Positions 1 to 11,101 of a DNA stretch of 32,000 nucleotides are shown here, piece after piece. Numbering within the stretch: position 1 is the stretch's first letter; the number at the start of each line of letters is the position of its first letter. The notes under the pieces were generated by a model. It had not been told where the DNA came from. It saw nothing but the letters and a program-made list of their open reading frames with translations, and made no database searches. Position numbers and translations under genes: made by a program. Source of the stretch: Erysipelotrichaceae bacterium (GTDB taxonomy: Bacteria; Bacillota_I; Bacilli_A; Erysipelotrichales; Erysipelotrichaceae); assembly GCA_030604855.1 (NCBI GenBank), contig JAUVVC010000002.1, positions 60,001-92,000 of the forward strand. Reading direction: 5' to 3'.

Positions 1-6
1 ACGTTG

Positions 7-684
7 ATGATTGAAGTAAAACAATTAAGTTACGCATATTCGAAGGATCTGGTGCTTAAAGATGTCAGTTTCAACATTCAAGCCAATGAAATCGTTGGTA
101 TTCTTGGTTTGAGTGGAAGTGGTAAGACGACCTTACTCAAGATTCTAAGTGGTCTGCTCAAGCCCAAACAAGGAAGTTATCTTGTGGAAGGACAATCTGC
201 TTATCTCAAAGGTAAACGCAATCCTGTTTTAAGTCAGGAGTTAGGTGTCGTCTTTCAAGAGTATCAACTCTTCATGCATTTGAGTGTCATCGATAACTTG
301 GTTCTGCCGTATCGCCTGCGTTTCAGCGTGAGCAAAGAAGAGGCGAAAATCAAAGCCTTGGAATTACTCGAACAGTTCGGTTTACTTCAGCAAAAAGATC
401 AATTTCCGAATGAATGTTCAGGGGGTCAGCAACAACGCATTGCGATTGCACGTGCTTTGATTTTGAATCCACGTGTTCTGTTGATTGATGAACCCACCGC
501 TGCCTTGGATTCTGAAAACACACAGAATGTGGCCAATCTACTCAAGTCGCTCAATAAAAAAGGGCTGACCGTGATTGTGATAACCCACGATCTGCCCTTT
601 GCTCAATCGTTATGTCAACGTGTGATTGAACTCAATCAAGGTAAGATGATTAAAGATATGGACGCAAAGGATTACTTTGCTTGA
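7..684 (+). CDS. ABC transporter ATP-binding protein, polar-amino-acid (GlnQ-like) type
   Basis: Walker A GLSGSGKTT, signature CSGGQQQR, Walker B LLIDEPTAALD and H-loop ITHD are all present. The ATG at 7 directly follows the TTG at 4. Partner permease and binding-protein genes presumably lie upstream of the window. Confidence 0.85.
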   Translation: MIEVKQLSYAYSKDLVLKDVSFNIQANEIVGILGLSGSGKTTLLKILSGLLKPKQGSYLVEGQSAYLKGKRNPVLSQELGVVFQEYQLFMHLSVIDNLVLPYRLRFSVSKEEAKIKALELLEQFGLLQQKDQFPNECSGGQQQRIAIARALILNPRVLLIDEPTAALDSENTQNVANLLKSLNKKGLTVIVITHDLPFAQSLCQRVIELNQGKMIKDMDAKDYFA

Positions 685-2531
685 TACGCCTTTAAAGCAT
701 TGAATTGAGCAATCTGGATGCGCTTCTGCGCATCTATTTTTTTGCCTTCATCATCGATGAGAATGGTTGAACCTTCATGATAGCCCGACTTGAACTGCGT
801 CGCATGTGGAAACTGTTCCTGGTTGCCCCAAAGGTAAGGGGTTGGAAGGTAGCCAAAGGCAAATATGTCGTAGAGTCCTTGAGCGGTATAAGGCTCATGA
901 ACCGTTTGGTCGATCGAGTCCAAAATCAATTGCGCTTCCTGTACGAAGTGCTGAGTTTTGGCTTGAATATCGGGTTCATACTGATTTGGATCAATTTGTT
1001 GATTAGCCTTCATTTGACGATATTTTTGTATGGCTGAATGCGTGATTTGAATGCTTTCATGAATGACTTCCGGTGTTGCCAAATAAAGGGCTTCACTGTA
1101 GCTCACCACATGCACAAGCGGAGGACTGAAACTGTCATTTGGTTCAATGTCGTCCATAAGCATGCTTACAACAGCCAGTTGACGTTTCGCTAATTCAACA
1201 TCCGGTGCGAAATAATCCAAACCGGCACGCGGTTGAAGATACATCTTGAAGTCTTCATTAAGCAATGGTTTTATCAATTGAATGATGGCTCTTGCTTTCG
1301 CAAGATCTACAATGCCGGTTGTATAGCGTGGTGTATTCAACATGACCTGAAGGATGAAATCATGAATGCCATGTTTTTTTGCGCTTCGAGCCGCCAACAC
1401 CGCCGATACGATATACGTCACATCATCACTCCCTCTGAAAGCGAAATGATGCGGAATATTGGGTTCAAATGGTTTTTTTGTCTGTGCGATGTATTTCAAG
1501 GTTTCAATGTGTTCTTGAAGATTGGTGAGCAGATCATTGGGACCTCGACCGTCCAATTGGTTGAACCACCAAAAGGAAAGGGCATGCCAAGCGATGTTGA
1601 TGCTGCGCTCATGGATCTTCGCTAACTCAGGGACATTCTTTGTACCGGCGTAGGTTCTTAATAACAGAGGTCGCGATGCCTCATAAAGCTCACGGTATTC
1701 AAGTTCATTTTGAATCGGGACGCCTCCACCATTGCTTAGACCTGTCCAATCTTCATTGAAATTGGACTGTGTCAATTGGGATGAACCGATAGAGACAATA
1801 TCGAGATAGCCAGCGTTGGCTAATTGCTTGCACCAATCTTTGAACAATTCCACCGCTTCTTTACGATTATGTAAATAAGGACCGACATGGACCCGTGTCA
1901 ATGGGAGATTCTGTGTCTTTTGGTGATGTTGGAGTCGATCCACAAGTCGATCTTGGCGGGTTCCAAAACCGTCATAACCCGCTTTTGAAATGGGTCTGAT
2001 GCGAAGATGTTCACCACTTTCAATCAATGCATCTGCGTAACGTTTGAGATCTTCATCATACCGTGAGGATTCAATCAATTGCTTCGGAATCTCATCCTCT
2101 TCCACACCCATTTTAAGCAGACTGTCGCGCGGACTTTCCGAACCGATGAAGCACGTTACCAATGTCTTATGTTCTTCTTCGATCAAGCGACAACTTTCGG
2201 GCAGTCCAGCAAAAAAGAGGTGTTGCAGTGTTCCACCATCAAAACTGAAACAATGTTCGCTCTTCAAGGCATGAACCAGATGACCCATGATCCATTGTGC
2301 GTCTTTGGGATCCAAACGATAGGAGACCCCTAAATGCGTGATCTCATGTTGTTTGATCCAAGCGATGATACGATCTTTTTGAACACTGTGTTCAATCTCG
2401 CGTAGTGCGATGGAAATCGTTTCATCCCCTACTCGAACATCTTGTCCGCAAGCCTCGAGTTGACTTTTGATCGCATTGATGCCCAAGGTATGTGCATCCA
2501 AGGAACTTTTAAGCAAACCGTATCGTTTCAT
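672..2531 (-). CDS. Cobalamin (B12)-binding-domain protein with a large C-terminal catalytic-type domain; function unknown
   Basis: The 619-aa ORF has an N-terminal Rossmann-like B12-binding domain with a DxHxxG motif (SLDAHTLG, nt 2481-2498). This is followed by HLGVSYRL and LFFAGLP elements. The remaining ~470 aa resemble no family I can name with confidence. Its start overlaps the upstream gene's stop by 4 nt (ATGA). Confidence 0.6.
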   Translation of the reverse strand: MKRYGLLKSSLDAHTLGINAIKSQLEACGQDVRVGDETISIALREIEHSVQKDRIIAWIKQHEITHLGVSYRLDPKDAQWIMGHLVHALKSEHCFSFDGGTLQHLFFAGLPESCRLIEEEHKTLVTCFIGSESPRDSLLKMGVEEDEIPKQLIESSRYDEDLKRYADALIESGEHLRIRPISKAGYDGFGTRQDRLVDRLQHHQKTQNLPLTRVHVGPYLHNRKEAVELFKDWCKQLANAGYLDIVSIGSSQLTQSNFNEDWTGLSNGGGVPIQNELEYRELYEASRPLLLRTYAGTKNVPELAKIHERSINIAWHALSFWWFNQLDGRGPNDLLTNLQEHIETLKYIAQTKKPFEPNIPHHFAFRGSDDVTYIVSAVLAARSAKKHGIHDFILQVMLNTPRYTTGIVDLAKARAIIQLIKPLLNEDFKMYLQPRAGLDYFAPDVELAKRQLAVVSMLMDDIEPNDSFSPPLVHVVSYSEALYLATPEVIHESIQITHSAIQKYRQMKANQQIDPNQYEPDIQAKTQHFVQEAQLILDSIDQTVHEPYTAQGLYDIFAFGYLPTPYLWGNQEQFPHATQFKSGYHEGSTILIDDEGKKIDAQKRIQIAQFNALKAYQAK

Positions 2532-3592
2532 CGTGGCCGGTACTGGTCAAAGAATGCGGACACATCATTGCGACCAATCTCACTGAAATCAATGCCGTAC
2601 AGACTGTTGGCGATGTCCAACACCAACTGAAGATATTTGTGCGGTGTCCCCGCAAGTTTTGCCAATTCCAACATGGGCACGATGCCGGTTGGGATGTCTT
2701 CATAAATATAGCGTGTGGTGATGTCGCTGGGAGATCCGATCTCATCGTACTGACTTGTGTTCTGTAAAGCGGAATAGAGATGGATGCCTTCACTTCCATA
2801 GACATCTGTGAGCCAATCTTTGGCATTGGGCATTGGACAGTTGAAGTAGTTCGCTAAAGCGATGCGTTCCTTATCCAATTTCTCAAGGAATTTGGCAATC
2901 ATCGGGGTGATGCCATCTTTGTAGTGTCTGTAATTTTCTTCACACTCGATGCGTGCTAGGTTCATGAGTGCAGGGAAAGGGTGAAAAATCATTCCGATGT
3001 TGGATAAGGAGGTATATAGAATGGACTCTTCCATCTTAATCATGGAGAACGAGTGAATCAATTCATCATAAATAGTTTTGGAGTGCTTTGGATTCAACGC
3101 AGCCACATGCAGCTTCTTCTTACGTGAGAAGATCTGACTGATGCCTGGGCGGATCTTACGAGATGTCAAGACGAAGGTATCGGTCTCTCCAATGGGCAAG
3201 TCCAAATCGCAACCTGCATCCTTTAAATACTTGTCAAACATGAAGGCACCTAAGGTGCGCCCTGGGTTGATGATGATCTTGTGATGTGCTTTCAAGTATG
3301 GTGCCATTTGGTTGGCGATGTCTTGGTGGGCATGCGCAGGGATGCAGACCATGATGATTTCAGATCTATCCAAGGTCTCTTTTAAGTTTGAACTTGCTCT
3401 GATTCCTTCGACCATGGTGTTGATCATGCCTTGAAGCTCGATGCCTCCATACGCATTGATCTGATCGATGACCATCTTGGTTCGATTATAAAGAACGGTA
3501 GGATTACCCAGATACTGTAAATAGGCGGCTAAAGCTTGGCCACCATGTCCAGCTCCGATAACACAATAGTTTTTTGTGACACGTGTTGTCAT
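2528..3592 (-). CDS. NAD(P)-dependent opine dehydrogenase (octopine/nopaline dehydrogenase family)
   Basis: 354 aa with N-terminal dinucleotide fold VIGAGHGGQALAAYL. Family-typical blocks are IINPGRTLGAF, IGETDTF, YTSLSNIGMIFHPFPALMNLARIE, GITP and TRYIYEDIPTGIVP. Size and block order match what I recall of Arthrobacter-type opine dehydrogenases. RBS AAGGAG lies upstream. Confidence 0.8.
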   Translation of the reverse strand: MTTRVTKNYCVIGAGHGGQALAAYLQYLGNPTVLYNRTKMVIDQINAYGGIELQGMINTMVEGIRASSNLKETLDRSEIIMVCIPAHAHQDIANQMAPYLKAHHKIIINPGRTLGAFMFDKYLKDAGCDLDLPIGETDTFVLTSRKIRPGISQIFSRKKKLHVAALNPKHSKTIYDELIHSFSMIKMEESILYTSLSNIGMIFHPFPALMNLARIECEENYRHYKDGITPMIAKFLEKLDKERIALANYFNCPMPNAKDWLTDVYGSEGIHLYSALQNTSQYDEIGSPSDITTRYIYEDIPTGIVPMLELAKLAGTPHKYLQLVLDIANSLYGIDFSEIGRNDVSAFFDQYRPR

Positions 3593-3637
3593 AGTTTCTC
3601 CTTATTATTGTTTGAATAGACTTCTAAGCATGGCCTT

Positions 3638-3646
3638 ATTTTAACA
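3638..3646 (-). promoter_or_regulatory. Candidate extended -10 element for the opine dehydrogenase operon
   Basis: The minus strand reads TGTTAAAAT (TGnTAAAAT) about 45 nt upstream of the ATG at 3592. There is no good -35 hexamer. Confidence 0.3.
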
Positions 3647-3807
3647 TTGCAAGGGACTCATTCATGAGTTTTAGGCTAAGGTTTCGTCAAACATTCACGA
3701 AAAAAGGAAGTTTTCAACCCAAAATAACACTCTTAATGAATATTAATGTAAAATTATGAAAATATAATTATCTATTTTCATTTCTTTCGGAATCAAGTAC
3801 ACTATAG

Positions 3808-5168
<1,361 letters not shown>

Positions 5169-5169
<1 letters not shown>

Positions 5170-6239
5170 TGGCTCAAGTCTATAATTTTTCGGCCGGACC
5201 AGCGATGCTGGATCCTGGTGTCATGCGTCAGATCCAAGCCGAACTTTTAGATTATCAGAACACGGGCATGTCCATCATGGAGATGAGTCATCGCTCAGCT
5301 CTGTTTGAAGCACTGGTGCAAGATGCGAAAGCCAATCTACGGGTATTGATGAATATTCCTGAGCATTATGAAATTCTCTTTCTACAAGGCGGAGCCAGTC
5401 TTCAATTTTCAATGATTCCCATGAATCTGATGCTTGATCATCGACGTGCTGCCTATCTCAACAGCGGGGTATGGAGTCAAAAAGCGGTAGATGAGGCGAA
5501 ACGTCATGGGGAAGTGATCATCGTAGGGGACAGTGCGGATCAAAAGTATAAATGTTTACCGATTTGTGATGCGCTACCCAGTGCGATCGATTATGCGTAT
5601 TATGTCTCAAACAATACGATCTATGGAACGCAATTCAAAACGATCCCCATGGATCATCCTGTTTTGATTGCGGATATGAGTTCGGATATCTTATCCAAAC
5701 CCATCGATGTATCCAAGCATGCTTTGATTTTTGCAGGTGCACAGAAAAATCTGGGCATCGCAGGGGTGACTCTAGTGATCATCCGGAAAGATCTGATTCG
5801 TGAAGACTTGAGTGTGGATACGATGTTACGTTATGCGACGCACCAGAAAGCGGACTCCCTGTACAACACACCGGCTAGCTTCAGTCTGTATGTTTTGAAG
5901 AAAGTAACGGATTGGTTGCTTGAAGTTGGAATGGATGCGATGACGAAGCGTAATGAACTAAAAGCGAACATGCTTTACACGGCCATCGATCAAAGTGAGC
6001 TCTTTATGAATGAAATCAAGAAAGAAGATCGTTCTTGGATGAATGTGGTTTTCACCACAAAAGATCCTCAATTGGATGAGGCTTTCATAAGTTTTGCCAA
6101 AAGCTATGCTTGTGTGAACATCAAAGGGTATCGAAGTGTGGGGGGCATGCGTGCCAGTTTGTACAATGCCATGCCGATCGAAGGGGTACAACGGCTTATA
6201 GAGGCGATGGAAGCCTTTGAAAGACAGGTGAAGCCATGA
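5169..6239 (+). CDS. serC: Phosphoserine aminotransferase
   Basis: 356 aa with N-terminus YNFSAGPAML and class-V aminotransferase blocks including GAQKNLG. Its start overlaps the gdhA stop by 1 nt (TGATG). Confidence 0.93.
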
Positions 6240-7408
6240 GAATCAAGGTCATCAATTCAATCGCTGAAGAAGGTTTGAAACGTTTGGGTCCAAGTTATGC
6301 GATCGTGAATGAGTCAGCGGATGCCTGGATCGTTCGTTCGGCAAATCTATTGACGGTGGAATTTGATCCTCAGCTCAAAGCCATCGCACGCTCCGGTGTC
6401 GGGGTGAATACGATTCCATTGGAGCGCTGTGCGGAGCGGGGCATTGTTGTGTTCAATACGCCGGGTGCCAATGCCAATGCGGTCAAGGAATTAGTTGTGG
6501 CGGGTTTATATTTGGCGTCGCGTGACATCATCGGTGCGACTGCTTGGGTCAAGACATTACCAACGGATGAGACCATCGTAAAGACGGTTGAACAAGAAAA
6601 GGCACGCTTTCAAGGTCAGGAGATCAAAGGCAAGACCTTAGGCGTCGTTGGCTTGGGTGCGGTGGGTGTGCTTGTGGCCAATGTGGCGCTTCAGTTGGGA
6701 ATGCATGTTCTCGGTTACGATCCGTACATCTCTATCACCAATGCTTGGGGTTTGTCCTCTAAAGTCAAACGAGCCAACAGTTATGAAGAGGTGTATCGTC
6801 AGTCGGATTATCTAAGTCTCCATGTGCCGCTTGTGGATGCGACACATCATTTGATCAATAAAGATCGTATCAAACAAATGAAAAAAGGCATTCGGATTTT
6901 AAATTTCGCTCGTGCGGAGTTGGTGGATGATCATGCCATCTTGGAAGCTTTGAAGAGTCATAAAATCAATACATATGTCACAGACTTCCCCAATGTGATG
7001 ACGCATCAAATGCCGAATTGCATCGAAATACCCCATTTAGGCGCATCTACCGTGGAATCTGAAGTGAATTGTGCCATCCTGGCTGTGGACACCTTGAAAG
7101 AGTATTTCGAGACAGGTTCGATCAAGAACAGTGTCAACTATCCAGATATGGAATGTGGCCCCGTCTTGTATCCAGCCCGTGTTCTCTTACTTCATGCGAA
7201 CGTCGTGAACATGGTGGGTCAGATCACCAGCATCTTGGGACATTATGGCATCAACATCGAAGCGATGCAGAATCAATCTCGCAAAGCTTGGGCGTATACC
7301 TGTCTGGATGTGGATCGTAAATTGGAAGAAAATGTCATCAAAGCTTTATCAGAAATCGAACATGTCGTTCGTGTACGGGTGATCCATGGTCCGGATCAAG
7401 GCGTTTAA
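6236..7408 (+). CDS. serA: D-3-phosphoglycerate dehydrogenase (2-hydroxyacid dehydrogenase with C-terminal ACT-like domain)
   Basis: 390 aa with the D-isomer 2-hydroxyacid dehydrogenase NAD fold GVVGLGAVG, the HLGAST catalytic block and a C-terminal regulatory-type domain. An ATGA overlap links it to serC. Confidence 0.9.
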   Translation: MRIKVINSIAEEGLKRLGPSYAIVNESADAWIVRSANLLTVEFDPQLKAIARSGVGVNTIPLERCAERGIVVFNTPGANANAVKELVVAGLYLASRDIIGATAWVKTLPTDETIVKTVEQEKARFQGQEIKGKTLGVVGLGAVGVLVANVALQLGMHVLGYDPYISITNAWGLSSKVKRANSYEEVYRQSDYLSLHVPLVDATHHLINKDRIKQMKKGIRILNFARAELVDDHAILEALKSHKINTYVTDFPNVMTHQMPNCIEIPHLGASTVESEVNCAILAVDTLKEYFETGSIKNSVNYPDMECGPVLYPARVLLLHANVVNMVGQITSILGHYGINIEAMQNQSRKAWAYTCLDVDRKLEENVIKALSEIEHVVRVRVIHGPDQGV

Positions 7409-8597
7409 GCCCTACATTTTAAAAGAGAACCAAGCAGACATCGTAAGTCTACCCTACGATGTCTTTAGTCATGCGTCCGCAGTAAAAGAGATCGAAGGCA
7501 AGCCGAATCATTTTTTGCGTATTGATAAACCTGAAGTCAATGGGATGTCTTCCGTACAATCAAACATGAAACTTGTATTTCGACTTTTCAAGCGGAATCT
7601 CAAGTTGCATTATCACAAGGAGATCGTTCCAAGTTTATATCGATATGATCTGATATCCGAAACGCACCATCAAAAAGGCTTGGTGGCTTTGTGCTCATTG
7701 GATGATTTGCTTGAACGTCACATCCGTGATCATGAGGAGACGCGTAAAGACAAAGAGTTGGAACGGACGCGACATATCAAGATGCTTAATGCTCAGACGG
7801 GACCGATTTATCTTTTCCATTATGGACAAGCGGAGCTTCGCAATTTGATCGAATCATCAGACAATGCCTTGATTTTGGAGTTTAAGCAAAACGACATCAC
7901 TCATCGCATCTTTGCATTGCAAGATCCTGATCGTGTTGAAGCAATCCTTCATGCAATGGCAGAAGTGGATCATCTTTATGTGGCCGATGGTCATCATCGT
8001 ATGAATGCAGCCCGTAATGTCTATCTTGAACGTTTGAAAATGAAGCAGGACATTGGAAACAGAGATTATTTCTTATCCGTCATCTTCCCAGCTGAGGAGT
8101 TGCGAATTTTTGATTACAATCGTGTGGTTAAAGATCTGAATGGTTTGAGTGCCGAAGCGTTCATTCGTCAAATGGATCAAGTGTGCACGAAGCTTGAGAC
8201 TTCAGGCAGGATGCTTAAACCTGAAGCCAAACAAGAGTTCACTCTGTATCTCGATGGATCTTGGTATCGTTATCGATTCAATGTGAATCAATTGAAAAAC
8301 CTGAGACCAGATGAACATCTGGATGTGGCTTTACTTCAAAGTGTCATATTGAACCCTATTCTTGGCATCAAACAACCCCGTGTCGATGTTCGTATTGATT
8401 TCATAGGAGGTGTATTTGGACTGGAAGCCATTGTGGAGCGCTGTGAAAGTGACATGCGCGTGGGCTTCGCTTTGTATCCGACTTCCATCGAAGATTTGAT
8501 GCGTTTGTCGGACTTAGGCATGAAGATGCCTCCTAAATCGACGTGGTTTGAACCGAAGCTATTGTCGGGCATTTGGCTGTGTGATTTGGATGAGTGA
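7386..8597 (+). CDS. DUF1015 family protein (uncharacterised, ser-operon associated)
   Basis: 403 aa with N-terminal IKAFKPY and SLPYDV blocks and an ADGHHR motif, which I recognise as typical of DUF1015. It overlaps the serA 3' end by 23 nt. Confidence 0.75.
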   Translation: MVRIKAFKPYILKENQADIVSLPYDVFSHASAVKEIEGKPNHFLRIDKPEVNGMSSVQSNMKLVFRLFKRNLKLHYHKEIVPSLYRYDLISETHHQKGLVALCSLDDLLERHIRDHEETRKDKELERTRHIKMLNAQTGPIYLFHYGQAELRNLIESSDNALILEFKQNDITHRIFALQDPDRVEAILHAMAEVDHLYVADGHHRMNAARNVYLERLKMKQDIGNRDYFLSVIFPAEELRIFDYNRVVKDLNGLSAEAFIRQMDQVCTKLETSGRMLKPEAKQEFTLYLDGSWYRYRFNVNQLKNLRPDEHLDVALLQSVILNPILGIKQPRVDVRIDFIGGVFGLEAIVERCESDMRVGFALYPTSIEDLMRLSDLGMKMPPKSTWFEPKLLSGIWLCDLDE

Positions 8598-8603
8598 GGA
8601 AAT

Positions 8604-9686
8604 ATGAGTTTGACAACAAGAACATTACCGGGATATACGATTCAAAGCGAAGATCTTAATGTGTTTGATGCATGGTTCACTTCAGATGTGAAGGTTGCCG
8701 TTATCGGAGGGCATACAGCTTTAGCCTTGACTAAGGAATACCTATCAGAGCAATTAAGAGCACATGGTGTCTCTTTCTTTTGGACGGGAGGAGAATGCAA
8801 TCAAAGCAATCATGATCGTTTATTAAAAGAGAAAATGGTTCATGAATACGATTGGATCATTGGTGTTGGCGGTGGTCGTGCTTTGGATCTGGCAAAATGG
8901 GTTGCGGATACAGTTCAAAAACCGATTCTAACGATACCCACCATTGCGTCAACTTGCGCGGCCTGCTCAGCTGTTTCGGTTGTTTATGATGAAAACCATC
9001 AATTCTTACGAATCCAAGAACTTTATAAAGCTCCCGAGCATGTCATCTTGTTGCCGACTATTTTAGTGGAGGCACCTGCTTCCTTTTTGCATGCGGGGAT
9101 TGGGGACGCCATCAGCAAACCCATGGAGATCAATTTCTCAGGTAAGCATATGCCGTGGTCATTTCATAATCATTTGGGAAAATCGATTGCGGAGAGCGCA
9201 TTGAAGATATTGACTGAACAGGGAGAAATGGCATATCAAGCGAACTTGAGTCAAAGCATGAACACTTCGTTCATCAATGTGGTTTCAGCCATCATCATGG
9301 GTATTGGTTATGCCTCGATTCTTGTAGAGGAAGACTATAACAGCGCATTGGCACATGCGTTGTACAACGCATTCATGCGTATGGATGCAGTAAAGAAACA
9401 GCCTCACGGCCTTGTAGTTGCTTATGGTATCTTGGTTCAGTGTCTTGTGGATGAGGATCAAACTTCTTTTAGTGAATTGTATGCTTTTTATCAAAAACTT
9501 GGATTACCGAAATCGCTTAGAACCATTGGCACGCAACTTGACCATAAGGATTTACCAAGTGTGATTGATGCGGCGCTTAAAATGCCGGATTGTCGGTTTG
9601 TATCAAAACAACTGAATGTGACTAAGGTGTTTGAGGCAATGCATACCTTGGAGTTACTGGAATCATCATCAAAAGAAATTGATTAA
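8604..9686 (+). CDS. Iron-containing alcohol dehydrogenase family protein, glycerol-dehydrogenase-like
   Basis: 360 aa with GVGGGRALDLAKWVA, TIPTIASTCAACSA and putative metal ligands in GIGDAISKP, HALYN and HGLVVAYG. A GAGGAAA RBS lies 6 nt after the DUF1015 stop. Confidence 0.75.
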   Translation: MSLTTRTLPGYTIQSEDLNVFDAWFTSDVKVAVIGGHTALALTKEYLSEQLRAHGVSFFWTGGECNQSNHDRLLKEKMVHEYDWIIGVGGGRALDLAKWVADTVQKPILTIPTIASTCAACSAVSVVYDENHQFLRIQELYKAPEHVILLPTILVEAPASFLHAGIGDAISKPMEINFSGKHMPWSFHNHLGKSIAESALKILTEQGEMAYQANLSQSMNTSFINVVSAIIMGIGYASILVEEDYNSALAHALYNAFMRMDAVKKQPHGLVVAYGILVQCLVDEDQTSFSELYAFYQKLGLPKSLRTIGTQLDHKDLPSVIDAALKMPDCRFVSKQLNVTKVFEAMHTLELLESSSKEID

Positions 9687-9699
9687 GGACATTAAATGG

Positions 9700-9728
9700 T
9701 TGGAAATGGTAGCGTTTTCTTCTATAAT
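9700..9728 (+). promoter_or_regulatory. Candidate sigma-A promoter of the tandem NBD-FtsX operon
   Basis: TTGGAA (9700-9705), 17-nt spacer, TATAAT (9723-9728), about 38 nt upstream of the TTG start. Confidence 0.5.
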
Positions 9729-9766
9729 AAGAATGTCGAATTTTTGACTAGAACCGAGGGGACATT

Positions 9767-11092
9767 TTGATACAGTTAAAAAACATCAAAAAGAACTACA
9801 CCAGTCGTAAAGGTGTCGTGACACGTGCTTTGAATGATCTGAGCGTGTCCTTCCCAAGCTGTGGTTTAGTTTTTATTTTGGGTAAGAGTGGTAGTGGAAA
9901 ATCAACTTTGATGAACATTTTGGGTGGTTTGGATACAGCAGACAGTGGTGAATTCATCATTGAAGGGAAGAATATCGAAGGTTTGAGTCAGGTTGAATTG
10001 GACCATTATCGAAATGCGCATGTTGGTTTCGTTTTTCAGGACTTTAACATCATTGAGACTTTTTCGATTTATGAGAACATCGGTTTGGCGTTGCAACTGC
10101 AAGGTCAGAAGGCATCAAAGAAACGAATCGATGAGATCCTTGAATTCGTGGGTTTGAAAGATTACGGTAAGCGTAAAGGAAATGAGATCTCGGGTGGTCA
10201 GAAGCAGCGTATCGCGGTTGCACGTGCTTTGATTAAGAAACCCCGGATCATTTTAGCAGATGAACCGACGGGAAACTTGGATAGCAAAACAAGTGATCAA
10301 ATCATGCAGTTATTGAAGGAAGTGTCGAAGACGAATTTGGTCGTCATCGTATCACACGATCCGGAAGAAGCTGAACTTTACGCAGACCGCATCATCAGAA
10401 TCAAAGATGGTAAGTTGGCAGAAGACACAGGCAAGGATCCTGTTGATTTCGATCATCAGCCTTTCTCATTCGTGCATCAACATTTAGGGTTCTGGGCGAG
10501 TTTCAAATATGGCATTCACAGTATCTCACGCAAGAAAGGTCAACTCTTGATCACGACTTTCGTCATTGCGATCGCCATGTTGTTTGCGTACCTCTTAGGT
10601 GCTTACTTGGGATTTGTGGATCAACCGAATCCTGTTCTGTTGAACATGTTAAGTCGAGCGGAGCTGGCATTCTTGAGTCAGGACCTTCAAGGTTATCTTC
10701 CATCGGACTCTGCATTTCAGCTGAATATCGCCATGTACGTCATCTTTGTGGCGGTCACCTATGTCTTTCTTTCAATGAGTGTCACCCAACGTAAGAAGCA
10801 AATTGGGATTTTTAAGGCATTGGGTGGAAACACCCATGACATCTTAAGGATCTTCATCTGGGAAGGTGTCGTGATCGCATTCTTTTCTTGGATACTCGCA
10901 ACCTATTTAGGCTATGCGTATGTCCTTGATATCAATATCAAGTTCTTCAACGCTTTACCTGTTCTCGTCTTCAATTGGCTACAGGCTGGTTTGAATCTCA
11001 TACTTATTTTTGCCGTAAGCATCAGTTTCATCGTTCTTACAGTATTGGGAATCCTTAAAAACAACTCCGTGATTTCCATACTGAAGAAGTAG
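9767..11092 (+). CDS. Fused ABC ATPase plus FtsX-type permease (MacB-like, lacking the large extracytoplasmic domain)
   Basis: TTG start with a GAGGGG RBS. The NBD carries GKSGSGKST, SGGQKQR, ILADEPTGNLD and SHD motifs. Four predicted TM helices follow, with only a ~37-aa loop between TM1 and TM2, and an FtsX signature RKKQIGIFKALG. Confidence 0.85.
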   Translation: MIQLKNIKKNYTSRKGVVTRALNDLSVSFPSCGLVFILGKSGSGKSTLMNILGGLDTADSGEFIIEGKNIEGLSQVELDHYRNAHVGFVFQDFNIIETFSIYENIGLALQLQGQKASKKRIDEILEFVGLKDYGKRKGNEISGGQKQRIAVARALIKKPRIILADEPTGNLDSKTSDQIMQLLKEVSKTNLVVIVSHDPEEAELYADRIIRIKDGKLAEDTGKDPVDFDHQPFSFVHQHLGFWASFKYGIHSISRKKGQLLITTFVIAIAMLFAYLLGAYLGFVDQPNPVLLNMLSRAELAFLSQDLQGYLPSDSAFQLNIAMYVIFVAVTYVFLSMSVTQRKKQIGIFKALGGNTHDILRIFIWEGVVIAFFSWILATYLGYAYVLDINIKFFNALPVLVFNWLQAGLNLILIFAVSISFIVLTVLGILKNNSVISILKK

Positions 11093-11101
11093 GAGTCCAC
11101 C

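Noticed and set aside
777-2826. Plus- and minus-strand ORFs of 62-130 aa inside the 619-aa gene (777-1037, 806-1006, 1233-1625, 2044-2274, 2079-2333, 2442-2630, 2509-2826).
   Set aside because: They are antisense or off-frame shadows of a long, motif-bearing CDS. They have no RBS, no recognisable motifs and an odd composition.
3664-3759. A 31-codon ORF (MSFRLRFRQTFTKKGSFQPKITLLMNINVKL) with an AAGGGA box 7 nt upstream, in the gdhA leader region.
   Set aside because: It is too short to judge. There is no evidence of conservation or coding bias, the region is AT-rich so chance ORFs are expected, and no attenuator-like structure follows.
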